A stretch of DNA of 64,000 bases from the human T2T-CHM13v2.0 reference genome, Homo sapiens. The notes under the pieces are model-generated. The model was given only the letters and a program-made list of their open reading frames with translations. It did no database searches and was not told where the DNA came from. Each line of letters starts with the position of its first letter. Position 1 is the stretch's first letter. The translations under genes and the position numbers were made by a program. The stretch is from the NCBI RefSeq assembly GCF_009914755.1, contig NC_060934.1; one strand, given 5' to 3'. Positions 43,391 through 56,865 of this stretch are shown piece by piece.

Positions 43391-43679
43391 GGAGACTCTG
43401 AACTCCTGCAGGGACCTTGATGAGTGTTAATCGCTCCCTAAAAATGGCAGTATCTTCCTCTCTTTTTTCGAAGAGCACCAATGCTTTCTTCTGCAATAGA
43501 AGTCAAATGCATAGTCCCAGTAAACATGCCCAGGCAAGTAGCTCCGATATTTAACCCATCCTCCCCACCTCGCACACCTCACTCAGCTTCTGCTCCCAGT
43601 GACCTGTTTACTGCCCTTCCTGCTCAGACGAGACCCAGGGTTCCTTTCCTCCCTCAGGAATATGCAGAAATGGTGATTG

Positions 43680-44500
43680 GGCGAGTGGTTTACTGTAGGA
43701 AGGGAAATACCAGTGTGAAACACCTATATTCTCTATGCCCGTGAAAATCCCAGAGGGATTAAAGAGTTCAGTGGTTTGTTGTTGTTGTTGTTGTTGTTTT
43801 TAAAAAACACAATATCATAAAAAGGAACTAGAATTACAATAAACATTTAACAAAATTTGTAAATGAGGAGGGATTTCTAAGTTCCGATTTAATGAAGAAA
43901 AAGGGGAAAAGAGTGAGATATTTAATTACTAAAAATAAAATTTACATGTGGCAAACAAAACCAAATCAAAACCAAAACTACTTAAGAAGAAGTTTCCCAA
44001 AATATGACAAAAGATTGTGAGATTTAATATACTGTGCATTCATTCAAATTGATAAGAAATTATCATGATCTTGTCTTTTGAAAAACAGATAATTACAGCC
44101 CTTTAAAATACAAATGACTGGTATGCACTTTGAAAAATGTATTTAAACTTACTTTAAAAATCAAATAGGTAAAAACTAAAACGTCAATGAAACAAATTTT
44201 AACATCGAGCTAGCACTTTAAAATGAGAGTTGTGGGGCTGGCAAAGGTGCAGAGAACTGTGAAATCATATATGTACTGATAGAAACTGGCCCGATCTTTT
44301 CTTTTGGAAAGCAATTCAGCAGTATCTAAAATATTCATATGCATTCAATCAGTAGTTCCACTTCTGGGAATGTATCCCAAGGAAGTACTAAGGAATGTAA
44401 AAGAAAAGCTTTATGATCGGAGATGTGTACTGTAGTATTCTTTATCAGAGAAAACAGAAAAGAAGCTACAAAAATATCCAGTTCCTGGGGAATATCCTAA
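43680..44500 (+). mobile_element. Very old L1M (ME-like) ORF2 3' fragment
   Basis: AT-rich; TTGGAAAGCAATTCAGCAGTATC, TTCCACTTCTGGGAATGTATCCCAAGGA. Confidence 0.6.
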
Positions 44501-45242
44501 AATTCCCATGAACCAAGGTGGAATAAAAAATAAAAAAACTTTAAAATAAAAAATTCTAAAGTTTTTAAATAAAAAATTTAAAAACTAAATAATCAGATCA
44601 AAAACTACTGTATACTCTTTGTTATAAATCTTTTGAGAGTTTTCCTTAAAAAGCTTTTTGAGGTATAATTGACATACAATAAACCACACTTCTAAAATGT
44701 ACAATTTGATGAAGTGTGGATTTATGTATACATTTATGAAACTCTCACCACAATCAAGATATTGAACACATTAATCATCCCTCAAAACTCTCCTCTTCCT
44801 TTTCCAATCTGTCCCTCCTTCCTTCCCAACTCTGTTCATCCCCACGCAACCACTGATCTGCTTTCTGTCACTATGCTTTCCAATTTCTAGAATTTTATTT
44901 GCAATTATGCCGCATGGACTCTTACTTGTCTGGCTTCTAGCTTATTTATCTAGCATTTAATGATTCTGAGAACCATCCACACAATTGTATCTCTCAATCG
45001 TTCAAGTCTTTTAATCGCTGAGTAGTATTTAATTACACAGGTATACCACAATTTGTTTATCCTTTCAGATGTTGATGGACAATTTGAGTTGCTTCCAGTT
45101 TTGAACTATTACAAATAAAACCACTACTAATATTCAGGTGCAAGCCTTCGTAAGGACATATGCTTACATTTCTCTTGGGTAAATAACTACTTAGTGGTGG
45201 AATGCGTGAGTCGTGTGGTAGACATATGTTTAACCTTTAAAG

Positions 45243-45439
45243 CAAGCTGGTTGTCCAACCCAGGACGGCTTTGAATGCAGCCCAACACAAATTCGTAAAC
45301 TTTCTTAAAACATCATGAGTTCTTTTGTGATTTTTTTTTAACTCATCAGCTATCGTTAGTGTTCGTGTATTTTATGTGTGGCCCAAGACAATTCTTCTTC
45401 CAATGGGGTCCAGGGAAGACAAAAGATTGAACACCCCTG
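45243..45439 (-). mobile_element. MER30 hAT-Charlie MITE
   Basis: CAAGC...GTCCAACCC...CCCAACACAAATTCGTAAACTTTCTTAAAAC...AAAAGATTGAACACCCCTG; perfect 8-bp TSD CTTTAAAG at 45235-45242 and 45440-45447. Confidence 0.92.
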
Positions 45440-47196
45440 CTTTAAAGAAACTGCCAAACACTTTCCCAAAGTGGGTGTACCATTCTACATTCCCACCAGC
45501 TGTGCATGTCTGCTCCACATCCTTGCTAATAATTGGGAGGGTTGGTCATTTTTAAATTCAGACATTCTAATAGGTGAGTAGTGATATCTCATTGCATTTT
45601 AAATTTGTATTTCCCTAATGACTAATGATGTGCCTTTTTATGTGCTTATTTGCCATCTGTATATCTTCTTTGATGAATTGTTTTTGAAAACCTGTTGCAC
45701 ATCTTTTAAATTGGGTTGTCTTCTTATTATTGAATTTTTGAGTTTTTTTTTTAAACTATATATTGTGGATACAACTCCTTTATCAGATATGTGATTTGCA
45801 AATACGTTCTCCAAGACAGTGGCTTGTTATTTTGGTGTCTTTCAAAGAGCAGATGTTCTTAATTTCAGCGTAGTCCACTGTATCAGTTTTTGATTTTATA
45901 GATTGTGCATTTTGTGTTGTCTCTAAGAAATATTTGCTTAACTCAAGGTCACAAAGATTCTCTCCTATATTTTATTCTAGATGTTCTATAATTTCAGGTT
46001 TTACATTTATCTCTATGATATCTTTTGAGTTAATTTTATAGAGTAAAAGGTATGAATCAGTTTATTTTTGCATATGGATATCCAATTGTTCTAGTATCTT
46101 TTGTTCAAAAGACTATCTTTTCTCCAATCGTCTTTGTGCCTCTGTTGAAAATCAATTGACCATATACACATGGGTCTATTTCTGGGTTCTGTATTCTGAT
46201 TCATTCATCTATTTGTCGAGCTTGAACAATGCCATCATGTTTTAGTTACCATGACTTTATAAGTCTTGAAGTCAGGCAATGTAAATTCTCCAACTCTGTT
46301 CTTGTTCAAAATTGTTTGGCTATTCTCAGCCTTTTGCATTTCCATATGAATTTTAGAATTGTCTTACAAATTTCTACAAAAGAATCCTGTTGGAATTTTG
46401 ATTATATTGAATCTATAATCAATTTAGGAAAAAATAGATAACAATATCGCATCTTCTGATGTGTAATCTCAATACAGCTATGACTTCATTTAGGTCTTCT
46501 TTAACTTCATTTAGCCATGTTTTCAGTGTACAGGTCTTGCACATATGTTATCAGATTTATCTATAAATATTTTATGTTTTTGTGCTATAGGTAAATGGTA
46601 TTTTTAAATTTCAATTCCCAATTGTCCATTGCTGGTAAATGGAAATACAATTGACTTTTGTAATTTAATCTAATATCCTGTAACCTTGCTAAAATAACTT
46701 ATTAGTTAGTCCTAATAGCATTTTTTGTAGATTCCATCAGATTTTTGATGAAGACAATTATGTCATCTGAGAATAAAGACACTTTTACTTCTCTATTTTT
46801 ATTCCTGGATCTCTTTTCTTTCTCTTTCTTGCCTCATTACCTTGACTAGAACCTCCAATAAAATGTTACATAGAAGTGATGAGAGTGGTCACCCCTGCAT
46901 TGTTTCCAGTCTTAGGGAAAAGCATTTAATCTTTCACGATTACTTATGACATTAGCTGTAAGTTTTTATGTAGATGCTCCTTAAAATGTCAATGAAATTT
47001 CCCTCTATTCCTAGTTTGCAAAATGTTTTTACCTGGAATAGATGTTAGATTTTGTCAAATGCTTTTGCTGTATCTAGTGAAATAATCACATGTCTCTTTG
47101 TTAGTTTATTAATATAGTGTACTTCATTAATTGATTTTTGAATATTAAAGCCCTAGGATAAACCTTACGTGGTCATGATACATCACTCATTCATTC

Positions 47197-47237
<41 letters not shown>

Positions 47238-47259
47238 TAGAGATACACACATATATATA
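47197..47259 (+). repeat. (TA)n(CA)n microsatellite
   Basis: Directly visible dinucleotide run. Confidence 0.95.
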
Positions 47260-49543
47260 ATTGCATTTGATTTGCTCAAATTCATAAAGAATGTTTGCAT
47301 CTATGTTTATGAGGAATATGCATCTGTAGTTCTCTTTCCTTGTAACATTTTTGTCTGGTTTTGATATCAAAGTAATGCTTGCCTTATAAAATGAGTTTGA
47401 AAGTCTTACTCCTTCTTCAAATTTCTGGGGTAGACAATGCAGAACTGGTATTACGTCTTCCTTACATGTTTGGTAGAATTCACCAGTGAAGCCCTCTGAT
47501 CCTAAAGTTTTCTTTGTGGCAGGGTTTTTAAGTAAAAATTCAAATTATTTTATATACATGGCTATTCAAGTTATCTATTTATTCTTAAGTGAAGTGTTGT
47601 AGTTTCTGTCTTGTAAGAAACTTTTCCATTTCATGTAAGTTGTTGGATTTATTGGCCTAAAGTTATTCATAATATTCTTTGTTGGCTTGTTAGCTATAAC
47701 TTTGTGCTGTGTTATTTTAGTGAAATTTATAGCTTATAGTACACAACTTTAATCACATTCAACTTTCAACCAATTGTATACCACGTCATGTATATTATAA
47801 AGACTTTACAGCATTATATTTTGAGAAAAGGAGAATGAAAAGAGACCAAGAATATTTGAAGTAAAAGTGTTCAAATATTTTTAAAATGTTATGAAAACTG
47901 TGAACCCACAAATACAAGAAGCTCGATGAATCACAAGCAGAAGAAACATAAAGAAAATAAGACTTCATCATACCATATTCAAATTGCTTAAAATCAACAA
48001 AAAAGAGAAAACCCTCAAAGCAGCAGGGAAAAAAGACACAGTGTGTCCAAAAGGATCTTTCATTTGGCCTTTATGCTATTATGTCATACATTTTACTTCT
48101 AAATATTTTATAAGCCCCAGAGTACATTCCTATCATTTTTGCTTTACACAATTGACCATCTTTTAAAGATACTTAAATGATAAGAGAAAGTATTTATGCT
48201 TGACAATGTAGCCTCCATTTCTGGTCCTCTTCATTCCTTTGTGTAGCTCCATGTTTCTATTTAGTATTATTTTTCTTCAGCTTAAAAAGCTTTCTTGAAT
48301 ATTTCTTGTAGTTGGAGTCTAGTGGTAATTGATTTTTTTGGTACGTCTTCAAAAGACCTTGTTGCCTGAAAGTTTGAAAAATATATTTATTGGATAAAGA
48401 ATTCTAAGTTGTCATTTTTTTCTTTCAGTACTTTAAAGATGTGCTTCACTATCTTTAGCTTGTATGGTTCTCAATGAGAAATCAGCTATCACCCCAATCT
48501 CTATCCTTCTGGACACATTGTGTCTTTTTTTCTCTAGCTGCTTTTAAGGTTTTCTCTTTATTGTTGATTTTGAGCAATTTGAATATATGATGAAGTCTAA
48601 TTTTCTTTATGTTTCTTCTGCATGTGATTCATTGAGCTTCTTGTATTTACGGGTTCATAGTTTTCACACTGTAAAAATATTGGATATTTTTACTTCAAAC
48701 ATTTTTAAGTCCCTTTCTTTCTCCTTTCCTTCAGGGATTCCAATTACATGTATATTTGGCCCCTTGACATTGTTCCACAGTTCACTGATGCTTTGTTAAT
48801 TTTTTAAGTATTTTTCATCTCTTGATTTTATTTTGTCTTCTAACTTACTATTTTTTCAGAAATATCTAATCTTGCAAAGAGTTCTTTGTGTAATAAAATA
48901 CTGTCTTTATTGTAAAATGAAAAAAAAATCATGGTATAACATTTTAGGTATAGTATGACCTTAAATATGTTTAAAATGTGCCCAGAAAAAATATTAGAAG
49001 AAAATACATAAATGTAAATAGTGGACTTACCTGGTTGGTAGAATTATTAATTCTTAATACCTCCTTTATACTTTTCTGTAATTTCCAGAATTTTGAAAGT
49101 ATGAATACATTACTTTTATAATTATCTATATAAAAAAGAAAGGATATAAGATGTTAACAACATTGAGATATGATTTATTGATTATCAAATTAGTAAAGAT
49201 TAAAAATAAGATGAAAATGTCCAGTATTGATGAGCCATGGAAAGTGCATTCTTGTTCAACATTTCCCCCTTAGGGGATATTTATTATAGGACCCTCTTTA
49301 AGAGACTTTGGCAATGGCCTTCTGTCATAGGTTGTTGATGTTTCAAAAGGGGATGCTTGGCCTGACACTGACCATGTGTGTCCCTATATATGTGCACTTC
49401 AATTTATGTCAATATGGTCATAAATAGCTCTATGCAAATCAATTTATTTGCAAATTGGAACAATGCCTTTGGTGACTGAAACTATTTAAAGAAGTCCTGA
49501 GGTTAAGCCTTTTATTATGGAAATATTCTCTTGCTGTTTCCTC

Positions 49544-49872
49544 TGTATTAGTCAGTTATCATGCTGCTAACAAAGACACACCTGAGACTGGGTAATTTGT
49601 AAAGGAAAGACAGTTCCACATGGCTGGGGAGGCCTCACAATCATGGTGGAAGGTGAAGGAGGAGCAAAGTCACGTCTTACACGGTGTCAGGCAAAAGAGC
49701 ATGTGCAGGGGAACTTCACTTTATAAAACCATCAGATCTCATGAGACTTACTTACTATCACAAGAACAGCACGGGAAAGATCCACCTTCATGATTCCATT
49801 AACTACTACTAAGAATTATGGGAGCTGTAATTCAAGATGAGATTTGGGTGGGGACACCAACAAATCATATCA
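49544..49872 (-). mobile_element. THE1B-like solo LTR
   Basis: TGTATTAGTC...GAGATTTGGGTGGGGACAC...CATATCA; TSD TCCTC / TTCTC. Confidence 0.92.
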
Positions 49873-50065
49873 TTCTCTTTCTAAACTTAAATTTTTTTTT
49901 TTTTGCACATTAGTGTTTACATTACCTTGTTGGAGTGAGACTTGCCTGCATTTTATTTCTGATTCACTCTTTACTGATTTTAGCCTAGGCTCTGTTACTA
50001 ACAGAATATGTGACTTTTGGCAAGTTAATACCTCTCTCTAGGCCTCACTCTTTGACATAGGAGAT

Positions 50066-50457
50066 TATGTTAGTTTTCCAGGGCTGCCATACAAAACACC
50101 ACAGGCTGGATGCCGTAGAAAAGAGATATTTATTTTCTCAGAGTTCTGAGTACTAGAATTCCAAGATCAAGGTGTCAGCAGGCTTGGTTTCTCCTAAGGT
50201 CTCTCTTCTTGGCTTGCAGAAGGCCATCTTCTTCCTGTATCCTTGCATGACCTTTTCTCAGTATGCATGCATCCCTCGTGTCTCTCCCTCTTATAAGAAT
50301 ATCAGTCCTAATGGGTTAGGGCCCCATCCTTATGACCTCACTTCACCTCAGTTTAATTTTCACCTCACCTTTAAAGATCCTGTCTCCAAATATAGTTATA
50401 TTAGGGAGTAGGGCTTCAACATGTGAATGCTGAGGGGACACAATTCAGACTATAGCA
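50066..50457 (-). mobile_element. MLT1A/B-like LTR
   Basis: GGGCTGCCATACAAAACACCACAG...CCAAGATCAAGGTGTCAGCAGG...GGGCTTCAACATGTGAAT...GGACACAATTCAG. Confidence 0.85.
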
Positions 50458-50480
50458 GAGAGAATTAATTAGCCCTAGAT

Positions 50481-50640
50481 CAGTGGTTCTTAAACTCCAG
50501 AATTCCCAGGCGGGATTCCCGGGCCCTGTCCCAAGTTTCTGATTCAGCTTTAGAATCGGGCTTTGGATTTTACATTTGTGGTGATTCCCAGATGATATTT
50601 ATTCTGCTGGTCCAGAGAGCACACTTTGCAAAAACCACTT
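50481..50640. mobile_element. MER5A hAT-Charlie
   Basis: CAGTGGTTCTTAAACT...TTTCTGATTCAG...CACACTTTGCAAAAACCACT terminal inverted repeats. Confidence 0.75.
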
Positions 50641-50764
50641 GTGCAGACCTTTAAGATAACTATAAACTGTGCAACAACAAACTTAAGACAGAGAGAACAC
50701 ACAATTTTAAAGGGCGCTTTTGGCAGTGCAAATGATGCAATGGTAAATTTTGCAAGTTGGGTTT

Positions 50765-51132
50765 TGATATGGTTTGGCTCTGTGTCCCCACCCAAATCTC
50801 ATTTTGTAGCTCCCATAATTCCCATGTGTTGTGGGAGGAAACAGGTGGGAGATGATTGAATTATGGGGTGGGTCTTTCCTGTGCTGTTCTTGTGATAGTG
50901 AATGGGTCTCATGAGATCTGATGGTTTTAAAAACGGGAGCTGCCCTGTGCAAGCTCTCTCTTTTTTGCCTGCTGCCATCCACGTAAGATGGGACTTGCTC
51001 CTCCTTGCTTTCTGCCATGATTGTGAGGCCTCCCCAGCCATGCGGAACTGTAAGATTAAAAAAAAACTCTGTCTTTTGTAAATTGCAGTCTCGGGTATGT
51101 CTTTATCAGCAGCATAAAAATGGACTAATATA
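50765..51132 (+). mobile_element. THE1 (THE1C-like) solo LTR
   Basis: TGATATGGTTTGGCTCTGTGTCCCCACCCAAATCTC...GACTAATATA; perfect TSD GGTTT at 50760-50764 and 51133-51137. Confidence 0.95.
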
Positions 51133-51499
51133 GGTTTATTAAAAATTAACAGATTTTTAAAAAGAAGGAGGTAGAAAACAATATGTCTTGAACATCTCAG
51201 GAATAATGTAAGTAGGCAAATCTACATAAATGGAACTCATCCTATTTCAACTCCAGGGTTTACATATTTTTAAAAGCTCCCTTAGAAACATGGCTCAGCA
51301 ACCCTAACCACAGGGAAGGTAACCACTTCTCTGCTGGTTCCTAAATGATGCTTTCATAAGCACTGTTTACAGGGCAAGAAATACTCAGTCCTGACATTGG
51401 ATTATTCTTCACAATTTATGTTGTTTGTCCAGAAATTTAACTCTTTTCACAATCAGCTTTCTCTGGACAAGGACACTGTATTCTTTTAACAGGATTTTT

Positions 51500-51990
51500 T
51501 TTTTTTTTTTTTTTACCTGTATGACACAGTATGCCAGATAAAGAAACCGTTTCTTTCAGGCTTTTAATCTCCTCCGAGAGCGAAAGTAGTATTTGCTGAA
51601 ATAAAAATACACCTTGGCAGAAATGCGATGCTAATCCTCTTAGTTTTAATGGTTTGGAAATGGTTGGAGTAAGAAGGTAAACATTGTAGTTGATTAATAG
51701 GAAGGAAGTCAATTGTCCATGTAGCCACTGCTATATGCCATACTGTACAATACTGCTTTATTTTTATAAACCCCCAAACAAAGTCTCTCTCCATGTTAAT
51801 GTTCTTACTTGAAAAGTGATCTACTTGCACCGTGCAGCTCCTAAGTGTTTGATTCCATTACCCCCAAAAGCAAGCAGTGCACATTTCAAATCGACGTCAA
51901 ACAAATCCCACTGATAACGGGTGTCATATCAATGACTTATCAGGTCTTTTTTATTGAAAATAGTCGGATATAATGAGGTGCTTCACATTT
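51500..51990. promoter_or_regulatory. Candidate conserved non-coding enhancer
   Basis: Repeat-free; GTAAACA (51677), overlapping CATTGT, TGATTAAT (51691), GACGTCA and inverted GATA sites at 51911-51943. Inferred only. Confidence 0.4.
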
Positions 51991-52609
51991 AAAAGTCTTA
52001 AATCTTTGAAAGCTCCAAGCCTAGATGGTTTTGATACTAGCTTATTAAACTTGCCCTGGAAGAGAAAGCAGGAGTGGTTGGGGGTGGGTGTGAGCGAGAG
52101 TAAGAAAAACCCGGAGGAGGGGAGATGGAAGACTGAGCAGACTGACTTAACCCCACGTTGGCCATGGTGCAAAGATCATGTTTGCTGATAGCCGTTTCTA
52201 CCAGCACCTCCCAGGGAGGACTCAGAAAAAGGAGGCTCAAAGTGCTTTTGAGCATCCGTATGTTGCTGCCTCCCACAAATTCTCCAGTAATTATTTTGCC
52301 AGGATCTCACAGCCTCCTTTGCATGGTGACAAGCCCTCCATTTATTAAACTTGAGCATTGGACAAAGAAGACATTTTACCTACTTTATCACTGGATTGTG
52401 AGAAGAAACTCTTCCGGGTCCAGCAAGAAGGGACTTTCACAATAGTTGAGACTCTGCTATGAGTACCAGGCACAAGAAGATGCCCTCCCCCTTTGTCATC
52501 TCCTATAACTCAGCTTATGCTCCTGCTAAGTCAGTACTGGCCCTCTTTGACAGCTGAGGAAAGTGAGGTTCCAAAGGGGTGAAAGCATTTGTCATGGAAT
52601 AGCCTGGAG

Positions 52610-52770
52610 CAGTATGAGTCTCAAAGTGTAGTCCCTGACCAGCCCCAACAACATCACCTGGGAATTCAGGCTTCACCTGGACCTACTAAGTCAGAAACAT
52701 AGCTGGTAGGCCCCAGAAGTCTGTGTTCAAAATCAGCAGTGATGCTGATAAACACTAAAGTTTGCAAATG
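52610..52770. mobile_element. MER5-family fragment
   Basis: TCTCAAAGTGTAGTCCC...CATCACCTGGGAA...GACCTACTAAGTCAGAA...CTAAAGTTTG. Confidence 0.7.
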
Positions 52771-53914
52771 GCCTGCTGCTTTAGGGCCTAAGGCCGTAAG
52801 TGTGGAAACTTCCTAAAGGGCTTTAGCAAGTAAGAAGCAGTGCTTTCAACCATGCTAGATAGCAATGAGAGGAAAAGGGAATGCAGTACATCCTCGTCTC
52901 CTTTATTTCTCAACCGTATGGTTTTAGGGGGTGACCAAGAAACTGGAAGGGGCAAAACAGGACTTTCATGTCTTCAACCATCCCATGATGTTGAGGCCAA
53001 GGGTTCCATCCTGCTGGAATAGCCTGCGATTCTGAGTTGAAGGCCATCCTGCTTTATGGGAGTAAGAAGAATGCAGAGAAGTTAGACCAGGGCTTTTCCT
53101 TGTTTCTTCTGGCCACACCATCAGTTGTCTTCCTAACAGAGAATAGCCCTCCCCTGGTGGGTTCCAGAGGAACTACTTGTTCTGAGATACATGGATCCAA
53201 AAGGGTGCCCCGGAAAGAGCTGTGCCGTCTAGCACACCTCTTAGTCATGTCTTTCACAATGTCTGGTGTTGCCTTTCACAATGTCGCTGTTGGATCATAA
53301 CAGCGAATCAAGCTGGAAGGGAAGGGTTCTGAGGAAGCCTGGCCCCTGAGAAGCACATGGAAACTTATACATTTCTGCTTCTTTCCTTAACTGCCAATTC
53401 TGCCTACCACTCTGAGTGGCCCACCCAGCCAGCTCTCACTTCAATCTCATTGGCTTGCTCACATGCCAATCAAGTGCTGAGCCAGCAACTCATGGGAAAC
53501 CCAAACAGTATCTCACACAAACTCAAATAGAAGCTTGTATTTCTTATGGTGCTCTCAGGAGGCCTTCACCAAAGGTGGAGAACAAGGACAAAAGGGCAAG
53601 AGTGCTGAACTTGGCATCCCCATTCTGCCCCATCTCAGCCTGTGACCTTGGGCAAGTTACAACCCCCTATTTTCCCATAATTGAAGCCTATAGCCTCTGT
53701 GCTTCCCTCCTCCAACCAGCACTGAGATTAGGATGTTGGAAGGATGTAGAAAGGTATTAGGTATTAGAGCAACAATATACAGATACACCGAGATTGGCCT
53801 TGAACCTCCAACAGGGAACTACAGCTCAGCAAGGTGTTTCGCCAACAGAAACAGCCTGTCCCTGTGCTTTGAGCAGAGCAGTGATAAGACCACAGAGTCG
53901 GGCATAACTCAAAG

Positions 53915-54003
53915 TGGGGTGACCAAATCATCTCCGTTTTCCTGGAACTTAACTATTTTTAACCCTGTAAGTCCAAGACAAACCAGGACTGTTGGTCACC
54001 CTA
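53915..54003. mobile_element. MER94/MER81-like hAT-Blackjack MITE
   Basis: Inverted ends GGGTGACCA...TGGTCACCCT; degenerate 8-bp TSD ACTCAAAG / GCTCAAGG. Confidence 0.7.
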
Positions 54004-55659
54004 GCTCAAGGCCAACTTCATCCTTCATTTGTCATATAACTTAACTCTCAGAGACTTGATTCTATATAGTCTGTAAAGTGGAGGTAATAATAATCATACT
54101 CATAGGCATTTTTCACACTGTAGTCATTCCATCCTGAAAGCCTAAAGTCTCCCCTCCCCTGGCCTTCTCAGGCTCCCTGATCCTGGGCTGGTCTTGACAG
54201 GATACTGAGCATGACTTATGGCAATGACCTGCTTCCTCTCTGTGTGCTGGGAGCTCCTTGAGGACAGGCCCATGTTTTAATCAGCTTTGTTTCTTCAGTC
54301 CTTCCCTTGCGCAGTGTCTGCACCATGGGAAGTGCTTAGTAATGCTTGTTAAAATGTCAGTTACTGACATCAGGAAGGCAGATCCCGCAAACTGTAACCT
54401 GGAAAGTTCACTTCAAGTTTCAAAGAGCTAACCACATCAGCTAGCACAGAATGTGTGTCAGAGTCTGCAAATGCATTTAGCACATCTTTGATTTCTGTCC
54501 TTTCATCCTCCCAACCCCCTTGGGAGATAGGCAAAGGCGTTATTATTTCCTTTATCATACACACAAGGAACCTGAGGCTTAGAGATGGTAGGTGACTTGC
54601 CCAAGGTCACACAGCTAGAAACCAGAGGGTGTCTTTGCCACACATAAACTACAGTGACCCACTCCAGGGCCACCAAAGCACTTTTTTGGGGGGCGGTGGC
54701 TACAGATGCTTGGAAAAGTCTTCTGGTGTCCAATTGCCTCCCAGGCTCATCTTCAGTAAAAACATGGCCTCTGATTGCCTCGGCCCCTTCCTAATCTGCA
54801 GATCCAGGGAGACCCAAGGCACGGGACAGAAACAGCCACATCAAGGCCCCTGTCCCAGGATTCCGCAGTGAATCTTCCTAGTGCTAGGAGACCATTTTCA
54901 CAACCTAATCAATGATCCCATTATTGACTTGGTGTTCCCAGAGGACAGGTTTAAAACTTTATCGAGCACTGTATGTGGGGGCAATTATAGGGATAATGGA
55001 AAATCATCGACAAATGGAGGCTTCTGCATTGCAAATTAACATCTGCTCCAAGTAAGAGAAAAGTCCTGTTTTAGTTTCAGAATTTGTGAAAATGGAAATG
55101 GCCATAAGACAAAGTGTGCGATTTCTGGTGGGTACCATCCCGCTCCAACCCGGGTCTCCTGCACCGGCTCTGTCATTAGCATGTAAATGATGCGGCTCCC
55201 TGTGACCGTGACAACCCCCATATAATGTGCTCACTGGGAGTGCCTGCTGCATCGTCTACAACAACTGCTCTTGTGATTCCCAGGGTCCTAAAACAACTGG
55301 CACCCAAAGTCTCCCTTTGTTTGTAGTGGGCAAACCTGGGAGTGCACCTGGCCTTGGGCCCTGGAGGCGGGTTGGCTCTGGCAGCCGCCAGGCATTCCTC
55401 ACACAGGCAGGCACACCCAGGAGGCACTGGGCAGAACACTAAGCCTGAGCCAGGGGACCAGGTTCCTGTCTCGGATCCACTAGTCTTGTGGTCCGGGCAA
55501 GTTGTGTCAGCTCCTAAGCCTTGCTGTCCTCATCTGTAGAATGGGACTACTATTCTTTCTGTATTAGAGGATCCCTGTAAGGGTTAGATGAGGTAGCCCT
55601 TTGAGCCTTCAAAGAACCTATAAGCCTCATATTACAGACTCGTGTGTCCAGCTGTCGGC

Positions 55660-56230
55660 CTCCTGTGTGGCAGGCATCATCCTAGCACTAGGGAACAAGA
55701 GAAATCCCCTGCCATAGTTAAAAATCGTTCAAACAATCGACTATAGATGTATCATTTCTGAAAGTGAAACACTGTGACTGAAGCTAAGCTGGATGGGGTT
55801 CGAGGTGATGACAGGGCTGGGGTTAGACAAGACTTGTCCCAACAGTGATGTTTGAGCAGAGACCGGAAGGATGTACAAGAGTGAGCCACGCCATGTTCCG
55901 AGGGGAGAGCATGCCAGGCAGGGATGGGGAGGATCAGCCGGGCAAAGGCCATGCAGAGGGAAGGAATGAGCTTGGCAGTTTCAGGGAGCAGCAAGGAGCC
56001 CTGACCTGCAGCCAGGTGAGCAAGGGAAGGGGAGCAGAGGAGGAGGAGAGTGACAGGGCCATCGTACAGGCCATCAGAAGGAATGGGAATGTTATTCTAA
56101 GTGCCTTGACATTGGGAGGTCACTGGGAGGTTTTGACCACAAGGGTGGCGTGAGCTGACTTGGCTTCCTAAAAGTCATTCTGGCTGCTGGGTGGAGAGTT
56201 AATCCAGGGACAAGGACAGAAACAGAGTTC
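55660..56230 (-). mobile_element. L2 fragment
   Basis: GTGATGTTTGAGCAGAGACCGGAAGGATG...GAGCATGCCAGGCAG...TCATTCTGGCTGCTG. Confidence 0.7.
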
Positions 56231-56463
56231 AGGAAGGAGCGCAAGTCTACAAAATACACTGCCCTGTTTCCCGAGAAGACAGAAACGTTCTCAGGAGGCC
56301 CCTAGGTTTCCATGGCTTCTTCTTGCCTCCCCTTGGGTTGGCAATGGTAACGTTGACCGTTTCACAGCCGCCTTATCTGTGCCCAGAGCTGTGTGCCCAT
56401 TCTGTCCTCAAGGTACCCCACTTCCTGTAGGAGGTAGGTGATCTCATACTCCCATTTCCATGA

Positions 56464-56865
<402 letters not shown>

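Larger units (their letters stand above)
44652..48870 (-). mobile_element. L1MC/MD-like LINE-1 block (3' UTR, ORF2 and ORF1-region pieces), with MER30 and microsatellite insertions
   Basis: TTTTGAGGTATAATTGACATACAATAAA 3' end; antisense ORF2 motifs (TTTCCCTAATGACTAATGATG, GAATTCACCAGTGAAGCC). A sense ORF1-like piece lies at ~47820-48040 (KEKTLKAA). Confidence 0.75.

Noticed and set aside
43700-49500. Sharp AT-rich compositional island
   Set aside because: Explained by stacked old L1 fragments, not horizontal transfer.
52290-52462. Possible exon (acceptor-like TTTTGCCAG; frame ALDKEDILPTLSLDCEKKLFRVQQEG)
   Set aside because: No recognisable homology, no clear donor site, and the frame is bounded by stops; cannot be supported without transcript data.
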